Shown: positions 13,910-28,870, counted from the stretch's first letter. The stretch: DNA of 64,000 nucleotides from the human T2T-CHM13v2.0 reference genome, Homo sapiens (GCF_009914755.1 NC_060942.1), one strand, 5' to 3'. The notes: generated from the sequence alone by a model not told the origin. A program made the numbers and translations.

Positions 13910-15764
13910 TCAAAAGTAATCACAACAAAAGCAAAAATTGACAAATGGGATCTAATTAAACTTAAGAGCTTCTGCACACAGAAAAAAGAAAGCTATCAAC
14001 AGAGTAAACAGACAACCTACAGAATGGGAGAAAATATTTGCGAACTATGCATCTGACAAAGGTCTAATATCTAGCATCTATAAGGAACTTAAACAAATTT
14101 ACAGGAAACAAACAAACAACCCCATTAAAAAGTGGGCAAAGGACATGAACAGACACTTTCCAAAAGAAGACATACATGTGGCCAACAAGTATATGAAAAG
14201 AAGCTCCATACCACTGATCATTAGAGAAATGCAAATCAAAACCACAATGAAATACCATCTCACATAGTCAGAATGGCTATTATTAAAAAGTCAAAAAAAT
14301 AACAGATTCTGGCAAGGTTGTGGAGAAAAAGAAACACTTACATACTGGTGAGAGTTTAAATTAGTTCAACCATTGTGGAAAGCAGTATGGCAACTTCTCA
14401 AAGAGCTAAAAGCAGATCTACCATTTGACCCAGCAATCCCATTACTGGGTATATACCCAGAGGAATATAAATCATTTTACCATAAAGACACATGCACACA
14501 AATGTTTACTGCAGGACTATTCACAATAGCAGGATATGGAATCAACCTAAATGTCTATAAAGAAAATGTGGTACATATACACCATGGAATACTATGCAGC
14601 CATAAAAAATGAGATCATGTCTTGCAGGAACATAAATGGAGCTGGAGGCTATTATCCTTAGCAAACTAACACAGGAACAGAAAACCAAATACTGCATGTT
14701 CTCACTTACAAGTGGGAGCTAAATGATGAGAACTCATGAACACAAAGAAAGGAACAACAGACACAGGCGTCTACTTGAGGGTGAAGGGTGGGAGGAGGGA
14801 GAGGAGCAGAAAAGATAACTCTTGGATACTGGGTTTAATACCTGGGTGATGAAATAATCTGTACAATTAATCCCTGTGAAACGAGTTTATCTATGTAACA
14901 AACCTTCACATATATCCCTGAACCTAAAATAAAAGTTAAAAAAAAATAAAGAAACTCAGGAAGTAGGCCTGCAGTCCAGGGCTGACTTGGTGACTTTATT
15001 ACCTCTTTAGGAACCCAGGTTCCTTCTAGCTCACTACCCCGCCATCCTCAGAGTATAGCCTTTATCCTCCTGTCCCAAAAATGGATTACTGTGTTCCAGG
15101 CAATAGGGTAGAGAAGGAAAAAGAAACAGACAAAGGGCATGCCTCAGCCGTCTTTTAGTAAAGGTTCAGGAAATCACCACATGACACATCTGTTCCGTTT
15201 CATTGATCGGGATGTACTCATATGGTCTCACTTAGCTGCAAGGGAAGCTGGGAGATGTGGTCTTTATTTTGAGTCAACATGGGCTGTCTACAATCGAGGG
15301 TCTTATTATGAAAAAAGAAGAGAGACAACAAATTAGTTACAACCACACATTCGACCTGGCAATTTTGCCCCAATTTTTCCCCAAATGTATCACCCTTTTT
15401 CCTTTGCCATTCCTCCCTTACACAAGTCCTTATAGCTTCTCACCTGAATTACTATGGTACTGTAGCTTCTTAACTGTGTGTTTTTTTAAAATTCCAATCT
15501 CTTCCCTTCAGAAAATTTTTCATTATATCTTTTCTGAAATAAATATGTAATCCCATCAAACCTTCAATGGTTTTCCAATTGCCTCCAGAAAAAATTTCCA
15601 ACTCCTACATGTGGCTTCCAAGTTTCATTCATGACCTGGCCCTAGACCACTGTTATAGCTGTAGCTTCTGTCTGTCTCTCTTTCTCTACTTGAACTTTTT
15701 GCTCAAGCCACACCTAAATCCTGTCCCCACCCACCCCCCTAAATACACCATATATATATCTCTA

Positions 15765-15766
<2 letters not shown>

Positions 15767-15814
<48 letters not shown>
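15767..15814. repeat. (TCTA)n tetranucleotide STR
   Basis: About 12 tandem TCTA/TATC units. Confidence 0.97.
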
Positions 15815-15815
<1 letters not shown>

Positions 15816-15831
15816 ATTACATCTTAGTAAC

Positions 15832-16920
15832 TGTGGTAGATCGATTACAAAAATTGTTTACCCTTCTCTTTGCAGTGTGACTTTTGTGAACCCAAAAGTA
15901 TCTGAGACAGGTCTCAATCAATTTAGCAAGCTTATTTTGCTGAGGTTAAGGACATGCCTGTGACACAGCCTCAAGAAGTCCTGACAACATGTGCCCAAGG
16001 TGGTTGGGGCATGGCTTGCTTTTAGGGAGACATCAGTCAATACATGTAAGACTTACATTGGTTCAATCTGGAAGGGTGGGACAGCTCAAAGCAGGAGATT
16101 TCAGGTCATAGGTAGATTTAAAAACGTTCTGATTGGCAATTGGTTGAAATAGTTATTATCAATAGAAAGAAATGTCTGGGTTAAGATAAGGGGTTGTGGA
16201 GACCAAGGTTTTATCATGTAGATTAAGCCTTCAGGTAGCAGGCTTCAGAGAGATTAGTTTGTAAATGTTTCTTAAGGCCTGTGTTGATGTTAATGCCAGT
16301 TGGCTTTTCCTGAATTTCAAAAGGGAGGAGGGTATGATGAGGCATGTCTGACTGCCCCTTCCCATCATGGCTGAACCAGTTTTTTAGGTTAACTTTGGAA
16401 TGCCCTTGGCCAAGAGGAGAGGTTCATTCAGACAGTTGGGGGGCCTTAGAATTTTAGTTTTGGTTTACACTTTGTAGCTCCTTCCATCAAGAGATGGGTC
16501 CACTACCCCACTCTTTGAATCTGGCTGGCCTCGTGACTTGCTGGGGCAATGGAATGTGTGTGAAATAACTACATGCTAGTTCTGAGTGAGAGCCTAAAGA
16601 GGCCGTGTGTGCTTCAGCGATCTCTTGAACCTGTCTCCGTCATTAGAATAAGCCTGGCCTAGCCTGCTAGATGATGAGAGGCCAAGTGCAGTGCTGCACA
16701 TCATCCCAGTCAAGGCCAGTTCTGACCATCGAGCCCTTGGCTGACCTGCTGGCCGACCTCAGCTCTGTAAGCCAGACCATTCAAGATCAGCCAAGTCAGA
16801 CTCAGGTCAGCATAATGGCTTAGGTGACACATAGACTCGTGTAACATAAAGACTGGTTGCTGCTTTAAGCCACTAAGCTGTGGGAGACAGTATTCACTAT
16901 GGAATTAGATCAAGGACACA
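15832..16920 (+). mobile_element. MLT1F/G-like LTR interrupted by a MER4 LTR
   Basis: tgtggtagatcgattacaaaaat...ttgcagtgtgacttt[MER4]gtagctccttccatcaagagatgg...gaatctggctggcctcgtgacttgc...tttaagccactaag. Confidence 0.72.
15885..16469 (-). mobile_element. MER4 (MER4A1-like) ERV1 solo LTR
   Basis: TG...CA termini (tgtgaacccaaaagtatctgagacagg...tttggtttaca) with a 4-bp TSD cttt at 15881-15884 and 16470-16473. Confidence 0.85.
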
Positions 16921-17074
16921 GTGCTTTTGCATGTGCTATTCCTTCACCTTAAAATGCCTATTTCTTTTTTTCAGCTTAGTAAACTCCTAAACTTATCTTT
17001 CTATCAAGACCCAGATCAAATATAATCTTAACTGGAAAAGTTTCTTGTCCCTACCTGGGCAGATCTAGCTGCTT

Positions 17075-17372
17075 TCTTTCTTTTTTATTTTTTTATGAGA
17101 CAGGGTCTTGCTCTGTTGCCCAGGCTAGAGTGCAGTGGCACAATCATAGCTCACTGTCACCTCTGACTCCTGGGCTCAAGCAATCCTCTGACTTCAGCCT
17201 CCTCAGTAGCTGAGACGATAGGTGCAAGCCACCAAGCCAAGCTAATTTAAAATAATTTTTTTAGAGATGGGATCTTGCTGTGTTGCCAAGGCTGGTAACT
17301 TTGGCCTCAAGTGATACTCCTGCCTCAGCCTCCTGAGTAATTGGGATTACAGGCATGAGCCACGTGCCTGGC
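17075..17372 (-). mobile_element. Alu SINE (AluJ-like)
   Basis: T-rich tail and antisense Alu gagacagggtcttgctctgttgcccaggctagagtgcagtggcacaatcatagctcac. Confidence 0.93.
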
Positions 17373-17797
17373 TAGAAACTTTTTTGACAAACCTCACACC
17401 TCTATTATAGCATGTAACATATAGATACTTGTTCACACAGCCATTTCTCCTTTTGGCTGAGCTAGCTGAGGGCAAGGACAACCTATCCTATGATGTGCAC
17501 CAAAAATATCTTTTGCACAAATGAAAACATAAATTCTAGGATGTTAAGCATATGTAATTCTTTCTCTTTTATTCTCTTTCTTCCAAACAATAAATATAGT
17601 TTCTTATAATGCCTAGGTCTTTCCTTCCATAATATGTCACCACTCACCCAAATTTCAGTCACTGATCACATATTGGAGGATGTGTTTATACCTCTTTTTC
17701 CTTCTCATGTGTGGCTTTTAAGCCCATGCAGTGTCATATTTTCATTGATTGGTAATTTCCCGTATTGAACAGTCATGTTACTCCTTGAAGTTTTTGA

Positions 17798-18181
<384 letters not shown>

Positions 18182-19127
18182 TAAATTTTAAAAGTTTACC
18201 TGTTAGCTTTTTAAATTTTAAATTTTTAATGTTTAAAATAATCCTTTGAATGCATTGCTTACTTTTAATGTTACTATTGTCAGTTTCCTTACACTGTTTG
18301 ATCTCTTGTCTTACCTGCTTCACTAATTTTCTATTTCCAAGTGAGAGTGGAGATGGCTGAGAAAATTGTTCTAACCACAGGCTAATTGGCAACTAGGTAG
18401 GATCTTGTGATCTGTGGTTTTTCAGTTCTTTAGTTCAACCGATTCACCTAGAGCTTCATTTGTTATGTGCCAGTTGGACATGGCTCAAGCGTCAGTTCTT
18501 AGTGCAAAATGATGTTTGTGACAGAAAGAACCTGAAGAAAGGCACGAAAGCCATCCTTCTGCTCACTGTAGCATTCCCAGAAGGAGCCTGGGGGAGCACA
18601 GCAGTCCATATGGGGCAGGGTCGGTGGGCTGCTCCCACCCTCTGCACTGTCACCCCCCAGCCCGCTGCCCCCTCATTATTCTTTGTTGTATTTTATGTGT
18701 CAGTCCCCAAATTTCTGAATGTATAATTAATCACCTCCTAAGTCTTATTGTGCACAGTGATGCTTTACCCACTTTATATTGAACACAGTATATTTGATTA
18801 TTTTGAAGAAGGAAATCCATCGGCAAGAAGTGAGCTGCGTCTTTTCTGCAAGTTCTGATTTCATCAGAAAGCTCTTCTGGAACAAGCCAATTGCTTCTGA
18901 TGTCAAACTTAGCAATCATTTATGAAATAATACAACAACAATAACATTTAATGCCTTTCATCAGATCAGACTGTAAATACTAATTAGTTATAGTTCATCG
19001 CATTCTGGTGGGGCTCAGTAAATTATGATGCTTGTTTTATAGATATTGAAACAAAGACAAGAGATTAGAGGCACTTGCCCAAGGCTGCAGAGGACGATGT
19101 CAAAACTGGGGTTGTAACTCTTGTGTC

Positions 19128-19190
19128 CTGGATTTATAGGATAAATCTCTGGATTTATAGGATAAAACTCTCTGGATTGATAGGATAAAA
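19128..19190. repeat. Three-copy 21-23-bp minisatellite
   Basis: ctggatttataggataaa occurs at 19128, 19149 and (one substitution) 19172. Confidence 0.85.
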
Positions 19191-20333
19191 TGTTAAAGTA
19201 GTACCAACATCTAATATAATGCAATGAACAAGTCCTGCCATGTCAGCCACTGCACTTTATATGATACATTTATATGAAAATCCCTTAGCATTAAATATTT
19301 AAGAAGAAAAAATTTTAATGAAAATAGTAAACATCTCAAGTGCCTGGCATAAATGCATCATGGCCTAATTCTCCCTAATGGGCTGTGATATTAAAATGAA
19401 TTCGGCTCCTGCCTCACTGTCCACTGCCACGCTGGGAATGAAGCAAAAGATTTCTTGCTTAAGCACCAAATTCAGCCCTGGGAGGTTAATGGGACCATAT
19501 TACCGGGTGATGGACCACCATGTCTAAAAGTGGTGTCTCAATAACAGCTCAAAGGATGGAGATGACTTGCTGTAAAGTTCTTTGTTCTTTAAAATCCTGG
19601 ATACAATTTACTTTTTAAATAACTGATTTCCCCCTCATGAAGACTGTTTCTCAGAATGTGGAAACCCTGCCTTTGAGCTCTAAAAGCGGGTAGTTCAGAT
19701 TGACTCCAATGCTAAGACTGTTAACATGTCTGCCCATCTAACCACCAGTAGGATTTTCTGTTTTCTCAGTGACTGAAACTACAGCCTTCAAATTCCAGAA
19801 AGAGCCTAGAACATAACTTTTACAAGGATAAAGTCAATTGTATTTCATTTGGGATAATTCATTTAAATTCCACCGGCTCCAGTGACAAACTTCTAAAATG
19901 CTTTTGCCGAAAGTGATCTAAATTTCTGCCATAAAACACATAAAGTGTGTCAACTTACTGATTTTGGTTTGTGATCTGCAAAATGGGGATATTTGCACTA
20001 TACATACCCATTTCATGAATATCTTAACTGAAATACTGAACATTTAACAAGTCATTAAAAAATGTTTCATTCAAAAATTTATTTAGAGAAGCCAAGAGAA
20101 TAAGGCATTATCTCATGATGTTATGAGAATAAATCTAAGATGTGGGTACATCTATGGTGTCTGTCCCTATCTATCTTGTAAGTCCACTTTGAGTTACTTT
20201 TTTTTTCTTTTTTCCTTGTCAGCAGATTCCAGTTGAGTTACTTTCTGTATATAGTGTGAGGTATAGCTCAAAGTTTAAATTTTTCCTTATGAATAAACAA
20301 TTTTAAGTCCCATTTGTTGAAAAGACTATCTTT

Positions 20334-20620
20334 GGCCAGGCATGGTGGCTCATGCCTGTAATCCCAACACTTTGGGAGGCCAAGGCAGGTAGATTGCTTG
20401 AGCCCAGGAGTTCAAGACCAGCCTGGGTAACCGTGTGAGACCCCATCTCTACAAAAATAAAAATAAAAAATTTAGCTGGGTGTGATGGCACATGCCTGTA
20501 GTCCTAGCTACTTGGGAGGGTGATGCAGGAGGATTGTTTGAGCCCATAAATTTAAGGTTACAGTGAGCTATGACAGCGCCAATGCACTCTAGCCTGGGAA
20601 ACAGTGAGGCTCTAAGAAAG
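20334..20620 (+). mobile_element. Alu SINE (AluJ-like)
   Basis: ggccaggcatggtggctcatgcctgtaatcccaacactttgggaggcc...; ctatcttt on both flanks (beyond the GA-rich tail). Confidence 0.94.
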
Positions 20621-20776
20621 AGAGAGAGAGCGAAAGAAAGGAAGGAAGGAAGGAAGGAATGAAGGAAGGAAGGAAGGAGGGAGGGAGAGAAGGGAGGGAG
20701 GGAGCAAGAAAGAAAGAGAGAAAGAAAAGAGAGAAAGAGAAAGAAAGAAAGAGAAAGAAAGAAAGGAAGAAAGGAG
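20615..20776. repeat. GA-rich (GGAA/GGGA/GAAA)n microsatellite derived from the Alu tail
   Basis: Direct reading of a nearly purine-only tract. Confidence 0.95.
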
Positions 20777-21337
20777 TCTATCTTTTTACTACTCAATGGC
20801 CTTTGTCAACAACCAGCTGCATGCACCTGTGGGTCTGCTTCTGGACTCTGACAAGATATCACTGTTACCCTTATTTTTATTCTTCTGTACTTAATATGTC
20901 TTTTTTCTCTGGCTCTTTTAAGATTTTCCTTGTATAACTGAGTATGAGCAATTTGACTAGGACATGTCTTGGTGTTCATTGTTCATGCTTCTTGTCTTTG
21001 GGGTTTGTTAATCTTGGATCTGTGGGTTTATGGTTTTTGTCAAGTTTGGAAAGTTTTTGGTCATTATTTCTTCAAATATTATTTTTCTATCTGGCTCTCT
21101 CTCTCTCCTTTGGAAACTCTAATTACAGGTGTATTCAGCTGCTTGAGGTTGTCCCACATCTCACTGGTGCTTTTCTCATTTTTAAAAAATTAATTTTTCT
21201 CTTTCATTTTGGATGGTGTCTGTTGCTATGTCTTCAACATCATTAATCTTTTCACCTGCAATGTCTAATCTTCATCTATTTTTTTTCACTTCAAACATTG
21301 AATTTTCATCTCTAGAAGCTTGATTTGCCTCACCTAA

Positions 21338-21693
<356 letters not shown>

Positions 21694-22359
21694 ATAATAA
21701 CTGTTTTAGTGCCCTATCTGCTAATTTAACATCTGTGTTAGTTCTGGATTGGTTTTCATTGATTGACTATTCTCATAAGTCATATTTTTCTGCTCTTTTG
21801 CATGCCTGGTAATCTTTAATTGGATGCCAGACATTGTGAATTTTACTTTTTTGGGTGATGAAGACTTACATGTTGCTATAAATATTTTTGAGCTTTGTTC
21901 TGGGATGAGTTAAGTTACTTGGAAACAGTTTGATCTTTTGGGGTTTTGCTTTTAAGATTTGTTAGGTGGCTCTGGAGTAGTGCTTAGCTAATTACCCACC
22001 ACTACTGAAGCAAGACTTTCCTTAGTCATCTACCCAATGCCCTGTAAATTATGAGTTTTTCCAATCTGGCTGGTAGGAACAGGCACTATCCTTGCCCTGT
22101 GTGAGCACTGGGCACGGTTTCCTCTTATTCTGTTGAATAATCTTTCCCCTGACTTGGATAGTTTCCTCACATGCATGTGCTGATCAAATTCTGTTAAATA
22201 ATGCAGGGGACCCAATGCAGACCCCAGGGCTTCTCTCTGTGCAGCTGTTTCCTCTCTGATACTCTGACTTGCAAACTCTGGCAGCCTTGGTGTCCCTGGA
22301 ATCTTGCTTTATCTCTTCAACTCAGGGAGTCCACCTTGGTTCTCTCTGGGGTCCCTATC

Positions 22360-22797
22360 TATTTTGGGTTGAATTGATCCCCTTCCCAAAAACATGTTGA
22401 AATCCTAACCCCCAGTACCTCAGAATGTAACTGATTTGGAAACAGGGTCTTTATTGAGATAATCAAGCTAAAATTAGCTTATTAGAATGGGTCCTAATCC
22501 AATAGGACCGGTGTCTTTGTAAGAAGAGGAAACTTGGACAGAGACGTGTACAGATGGGAGACCACTTGAGGACACAGGGAGAAGATGGTCATCTACAAGC
22601 CAAGGAATGCTGAGGCACCCAGAAGCTAGGAAAGAGGCATGGAACAGACTCTCCCTCACAGACTTTGGAAGGAACCAATGCTGCTGATATTTTGATTTCA
22701 GACTTCTGGCCTGCAGAACTGTGGTCAATAAATTTCTGACATTTAAGCCATTCAGTGTGTGGTACTTTGTTACAGCAGCTCTGGCAAACTTAACACA
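22360..22797 (+). mobile_element. MLT1B-like MaLR solo LTR
   Basis: gggttgaattg...atcctaacccccagtacctcagaatgt...gaggacacagggagaagatggtcatctacaagccaagga...ttgttacagcagctctggcaaacttaacaca. Confidence 0.85.
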
Positions 22798-23864
22798 TCT
22801 TCCTTGTGCTGTATCCTGGAAACTCTTCGGGCAGTGAGCAGGAGCAAGCATAGGGCTCAGCACATGTGTTTTCCACCTCTCATTTTTTCGTTGCTTGACA
22901 TCCATTGTCTTAAAAACCAGTGTTGGTTTGGTTTCTGTTGTTTTAGGTGGAAGGGTAAATGTGGTCCTTGTTATTATTGTTTGTTGGCTGGAAGCAGAAG
23001 TCCTCACTCATTTGATTTTTAATTGTACAGTGTCCAGTGTCACTGTTTCATATTCTGGGGACTATGTTTCAGTTTGCCAATGGGATTATAAACTTTGAGA
23101 CCAGAGACCTTTGTGCCAACCACAATGCCTGAACTAGTCCCCTGTGCATGACAGGAGTGCAATACGTATCTGAGCTAAACAGTGTATTTTTGGTTTTTCG
23201 GACTCAGCACACTGAGGATTGACTTGTGATGAAAAATCAATGGATGTGAAATTTCTTATTCCACTTGATACTTTTAGTGTGTGAAAAATAGCCTGAAACT
23301 AAAATATTTTAGTTCCTGTCTTGTTTTCAAAGAAGTGACACTCTGACGATTTCCTTTTTAAATTAACAATCATGTACCTGGTAGCACAGAGCTGTGGGAG
23401 AAATTCTTGGGCCCAAACCACCCAGCCTGTGAAGTAAAATGAACAGCCTGTCACTGCTCATCTGGATTTTCTATCTGTCATTTTTGTCTGTCTCTCAGTT
23501 CTTTTCAAGGAAGGAGGTAACATGATTTGGTACCCAGGCTTTCCTTGACATGGGTGTGAAAGCAAAAGGAGAGAATCACATTTTTTGGTTTCATTCTGGA
23601 GATTCAAATTAACTCCATTTTTTATTGTACTGCTAAAGTGTCCACAGAAAGCTAAAACATACACAAGAAACTCTGGTCCAAAATTTCCCAAGTATAAGCT
23701 TTATAAATTGTAAAGCTGTAGACTAATGGCTTTAGTATATCATTTACAAAGCAAGCATTTTTGTCCTACTTTGAACAGAGAGAAGAGGCTCTTTCATTTG
23801 ACCAAACTGCTGACAGAATGTGCTGAAAACATAATTTCATACATTTATTCATCAATCATCAAGC

Positions 23865-24300
23865 ATGTCCCTATATCGGGGCCTTTGCACATATTGTTCC
23901 CTCTGCCTGGATTGCTCTTCTCCCAGATATTTACATGGCTCACCCCCTCATTTCATTCAGGCCTACACTCAATGGTCATTTTCTGAGCAAGGCCTTCCCT
24001 GCCCATCCTACTTAACAGAGCGTTGCAGCCCCACCACCCCTTCCTCATGTGACATTCTTTTCACTTGCCCTCTTTTATTTTCTTCATATCACTTATCACT
24101 TACCACCTGACAGTCAGTCAGAAAAATATCTACACATATACGTTGATCTAACACACATGTGTTTATTTATCATCTATCCTCTTCTCCTAGTCTAGTGTCT
24201 ACTCCATGGGAACAGAAACTGTTCCTGCTATATTCTAACACGTAGATCAGTGCCCAGCACACAGTATGCCTTCAGTTAATATTTGTTGAACAAATGAACA
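23865..24300 (+). mobile_element. L2 LINE 3' end
   Basis: gggcctttgcacatattgttccctctgcctgga...cagtgcccagcacacagta...aatatttgttgaacaaatgaa. Confidence 0.8.
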
Positions 24301-25841
24301 CATGTTTGCTGATTTCTTCTCTGTGCAAAGGCACTGGAGGGAGGAGCTATGATGTGAATCACCCCAGCCCCGAATTCCAAGAAGCTCACCTTCTAATAGA
24401 AAGACAAATAGAAAAAATCCATGACTATGCTCCAAAGCAAAAGAATGGGTTGAATAATGTAGTTTGAAAGCACAACGGAAAAAGGGGTGGGGAGAGGCAG
24501 GGGAGTTTTTGAGATGAGCCTGGTGCAGATGTGGGATGGGCAGAGAGGAGAGGGATGAATCGTTCAGCCTCACAACACAGAGTGAGCAGAGACTTGGAAC
24601 CCTAGGAGTTGACAGAATGCTTTGGACCCAGCTGGAAATCTGTGTGGGTTTGTGAAGATGTAGCAGGCAAGAAAGGAGACTTGGGGCCTGATCTTGGAAG
24701 GCTTTGGAATGTTTGGCATTTGGAATCTATCTTAAAGGAGTTAAGTGGGTAGTATTTTTAAACCACCTCTAGCGAATCAGTCTCCTATCCAGGAAACTTA
24801 GTTGTTTATCAGCATCTCATTGAATGTGAACTCGTTAACGTGGTGACCTACACTTATCTTGTTCCCTTAAACATATGTACAGAGATACCTTTTCTCTTAC
24901 CAGTTATGTACCGTGAAAGTGTGGCACAAGTGTAAGAATACTTAGTAGCTTTCACTAACAATTTGCTCATTGATTGATTTGCTTTTTAAAATTTTCAAAT
25001 AACAGCTTGCCTTCATTTATGTTCCTGTATAAAAATGAACTCAGCACTTTCTTAGGAAGGCTCTTGATCTGGTTACATGGACCAAATGAATTCCATGCAA
25101 TCAGTAGAAGGACAGAATGTGAAGTGAAACAAATCATAACATCCTCCCCACCTGGGCAGGGAAACGTTATGGGCTTATGGAAACCTGATAGACTACAAAG
25201 CTTTGTAAATAACTGCCCCCCATCCCTTCCCACCCCATCCAACTCAGCCCAGTCCTGAGGCTCAGCAGACTGAATGACTGGTTCTGTGGCTCCCAGCTGC
25301 TCAGTGGCTGAACCAAACCTGTGAGTCAGGTGAGAACTTTTTCTACTCCTCTCATTTATGGAGCAAGGGTGGGTTATGTCAAAGCTACTGGAGAAAAACA
25401 GCATCAATGAGGATATTTTGCTAGTCTGTCAGATTTACTCAGGGTTTTAGGGGAGGAGTCCGTGGATAGAGAAGGGGATGGGAGACTTAAATAATATAAG
25501 AAACAAGTAGTACTGAGCATTTTGATGTGCAAATGAAGATCTCTTATGAGAAGAGTGCAAAATCAACTTGGGTCTTAAAGCTGGAACAGGAAATATCAAA
25601 GAAATATCTGTTTTGGGTGGTCTCCTCCAGCCTCAGTATCCTGTCCCCTTACAGTACTGGTCCCCTGAGAAATTTGAGATACAGCATTCTACCCCGTTCT
25701 GATTAGAATGTGATCACTTATCTACCTATTTTCAAATGGGCATGTTTTTATTGGTTGGAGACAAAAGGCATTTCCAAGGAAAGGACGTGGACTGTAAAGA
25801 AACATCTCAGCACTAGCTATAGGAATTGGGATCACTAGTGC

Positions 25842-26164
<323 letters not shown>

Positions 26165-26497
26165 TAATTTTTTTTAAGTGTTTCTTTTTTTTTTTTTTCT
26201 TCTCTTTTTATTGTTGGACCTCAGGTGATGAGTTGGAATTAACCATACTCTACAGTACATGGCTCATCATCATGGGTCTGTGATTGATTGATTGATAGAT
26301 TGTTCAAATGCTTTAATCCCCATCCTCTCCCCTAAATTTACCAACCACAGGTGGCCTTCCTCATGGTTTTTAAGGTTTATTCCCTTGTTTTATATGTTCC
26401 TACCAGATGTGGATTGTTGTTTTATATGCCTATTTCTTTTTTACTCTGTACAACTCCCTCGAGGCCCATCTAAGACACATGTTTACAGCTAATCCCT

Positions 26498-26862
26498 TAC
26501 ATACATATATATATATATATATACACACACACATATATGTATACATACATACATACACACACACACTCATATATACATAAAGAGACAGAGTCTCACTCTG
26601 TCACCCAGGCTGGAGTGCAGTGGCACAATCATAGGTCACTGTAACCTCCAACTCCTGGGCTCAAGTGATCCTTGGGCTTCAGCCTCTTGAGTGGCTGGGA
26701 CTACAGACATGTGCCACTATGCCTGGCTAATTAAAAAAAAAAAACATTTGTAGAGACCAGGTCTGGTTACTCAGGCTGGTCTCAAATTCCGGGGCTCAAG
26801 TGATCCTCCTGCCTTGGCCTCCAGAGTGCTGGGATTACAAGCATGAGCCATGGCATCCAGCC
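26498..26862 (-). mobile_element. Alu SINE (AluJ-like) whose tail became a mixed (TA/CA)n microsatellite
   Basis: Alu body at 26582-26862; flanks ctaatcccttac and ctaatccattac form a TSD that encloses the microsatellite. Confidence 0.92.
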
Positions 26863-27870
26863 TAATCCATTACTTGTAATGCAATCTAGACTTACTTTGC
26901 TAATCCACTCTCCTGGTGATGGACAGAGACCTTGCCTTTTGGGAGGCTATTTCAAAGAGAACAAGATGCTCAATCTCCATCAATAGTTTTACATATAAAT
27001 TCAATTGTTTCGTATTTCAGTAATGTGGAAAACAAGCAAACCTTGCCATTATTATTATTGACCAAATAAACACAGAACTTTGCCCAGACTGTTAAGTGTA
27101 CTCTGCCTGACCTTGATTTGGTGGAGTAAGGAAGAGAAAGGGGTGGGAATTGCTGGGTATGTCTTGCTCTGCTCACTTAACACCTATGAACCTGTGAGTA
27201 GTGGACTCATGCATTTTAAACAAATTGGCCATCCCAAGATAACCTTTCCAGGTCATTTCTCCAGGCTAAGTCCATTCAAAAACACTGCTCAAAAAACAGA
27301 GTATGTCTTGAATACTATTACATTCAGGGTCAAGGAACAGGCATTACAGTAATCCACAGAGCTAGTTATGTCAGCCAAGAGGAATGTATGCTGTCAACTG
27401 CCGTACAAAGATGTGTATCATAGCTGACGCTCCTCAACATATCTCTCTCCCATGCCGTGTTTGAGGAGCAAAGGCTCTTAATAGACAGGATGACTAACAA
27501 TTTGGCTTTTGAAATATGATATGGGAAAATCAGGATAAACAAGAGTCTTTCCATCAATTGGGTACTATTATTGAGCTGAAAATATGAGAAGCTAGAGGGA
27601 ATAATGTTTTATAAATGATGACATGTATTTTAAGTAGCCAACAATATTGTTTTAATGCATGTAATTTTTCAAATTATGCCACAGCCTCCTATGTGGTAGA
27701 GAATGGTTTTGGCATGTATAATGCGGTGTCCAAATCTCCCATATGTTGGTTATAATTGAACCAAAAGTTGGATAGAGAAATAAAAGAGTGTGGGTAGAAG
27801 AGATAACTTAGTTAAATGTATTTGTTTTTATCCCCAAAACCACAGCTGTGAGCTTGGCATTAAGCAATCA

Positions 27871-27980
27871 GAGGAAGAAGGAAGGAAGGAAGGAAGGGAG
27901 GGAGGGAGGGAGGGAAGGAGGGCAGGCAAGGTAAGGGAGGGAGAGGGAAACAAAAAGAAGGAAAAAAAAAAAAGGAAGAC
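27871..27980. repeat. GA-rich (GGAA)(GGGA)n tract
   Basis: Direct reading; includes five GGG tracts with 1-nt A loops at 27896-27914. Confidence 0.9.
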
Positions 27981-28074
27981 AGAAAGTCCATGTGAACTTT
28001 GAAGCTATAACAGTACATCACAGCACAAATAATTAGTTCTTTGTTGACTGGTTCCGCCTATGCCCAGTTACGAA

Positions 28075-28310
28075 GGCAGTGTTAATGAGGAAAAAATGCT
28101 GAACTTGGGTAAATAAGAAGACCTAGGTTTAAAAAAAAAAAAAAAAGACTCTGGCACTCAAAGCCATGTGACCTTAAGCAAGTCTTTTTATCTTTCTAAA
28201 TCTTATTTTTCTCATCTGCTAAATAGGCAAGACAATTATCTTACAAGTGGTTATGCAGACTCAGTGGGAATGCCCTTAGAAATTGTCAAGTGTTGTTCAA
28301 GTGTGAGGGT
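28075..28310 (+). mobile_element. MIR SINE
   Basis: aagacctaggttt...gccatgtgaccttaagcaagtc...tttctcatctgctaaatagg. Confidence 0.7.
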
Positions 28311-28689
28311 TCAAAAGAAAATTTACCTCCAAGAAGTTAATTGAATGGATTAGGAGATGAATCAGCATATTTAGTGTTGTCAGTACTCCTGTAGGATAAA
28401 TTATGGTTTCAGAGAACCCTGCCAAGTGGACTAGAGCCTTTGCTTCAGGAACTAGGTGCATTCCACCTACCACCTACCTACTCTGTCCTCAGAGAACCGC
28501 AAATCAAGGACTCAAGAAAACACATTCTCAGAATAAACGATGCCTCTCTCTTCATCTTTCTCAGACACCCAGATCCTGTGATAAGGATAAAGGTGAACGA
28601 GGAAGGACCTTAAGGCAAGACTGTTTCAAGATTGACTCTGTGGGCCAATTTAATTTACAGTTCTGTACACGACTCGATATGCTGCAAAT

Positions 28690-28870
28690 CCAATTAGTTT
28701 CAACCATTTTCCAAATCAGGGTTGTTATTATTTAGAATTAAAGTAGTTGCATTTCTACTGATACTTGAAAAATTCAACTGTTTTCCAACTATTTTCAACT
28801 ATTTTCCAAATCAGGGTTGTTATTATCTAGAATTAAAGTAGCTGTGTTTCTACCGATATTTGGAAAACTA
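28690..28870. repeat. Diverged 95-bp-period tandem duplication
   Basis: ttttccaaatcagggttgttattat(t/c)tagaattaaagtag occurs at about 28707 and 28802. Confidence 0.9.

Noticed and set aside
20640-20680. GGAA microsatellite as an EWS-FLI1-type enhancer
   Set aside because: Only about five consecutive GGAA units occur before an interruption, and the tract is a decayed Alu tail, so support is weak.
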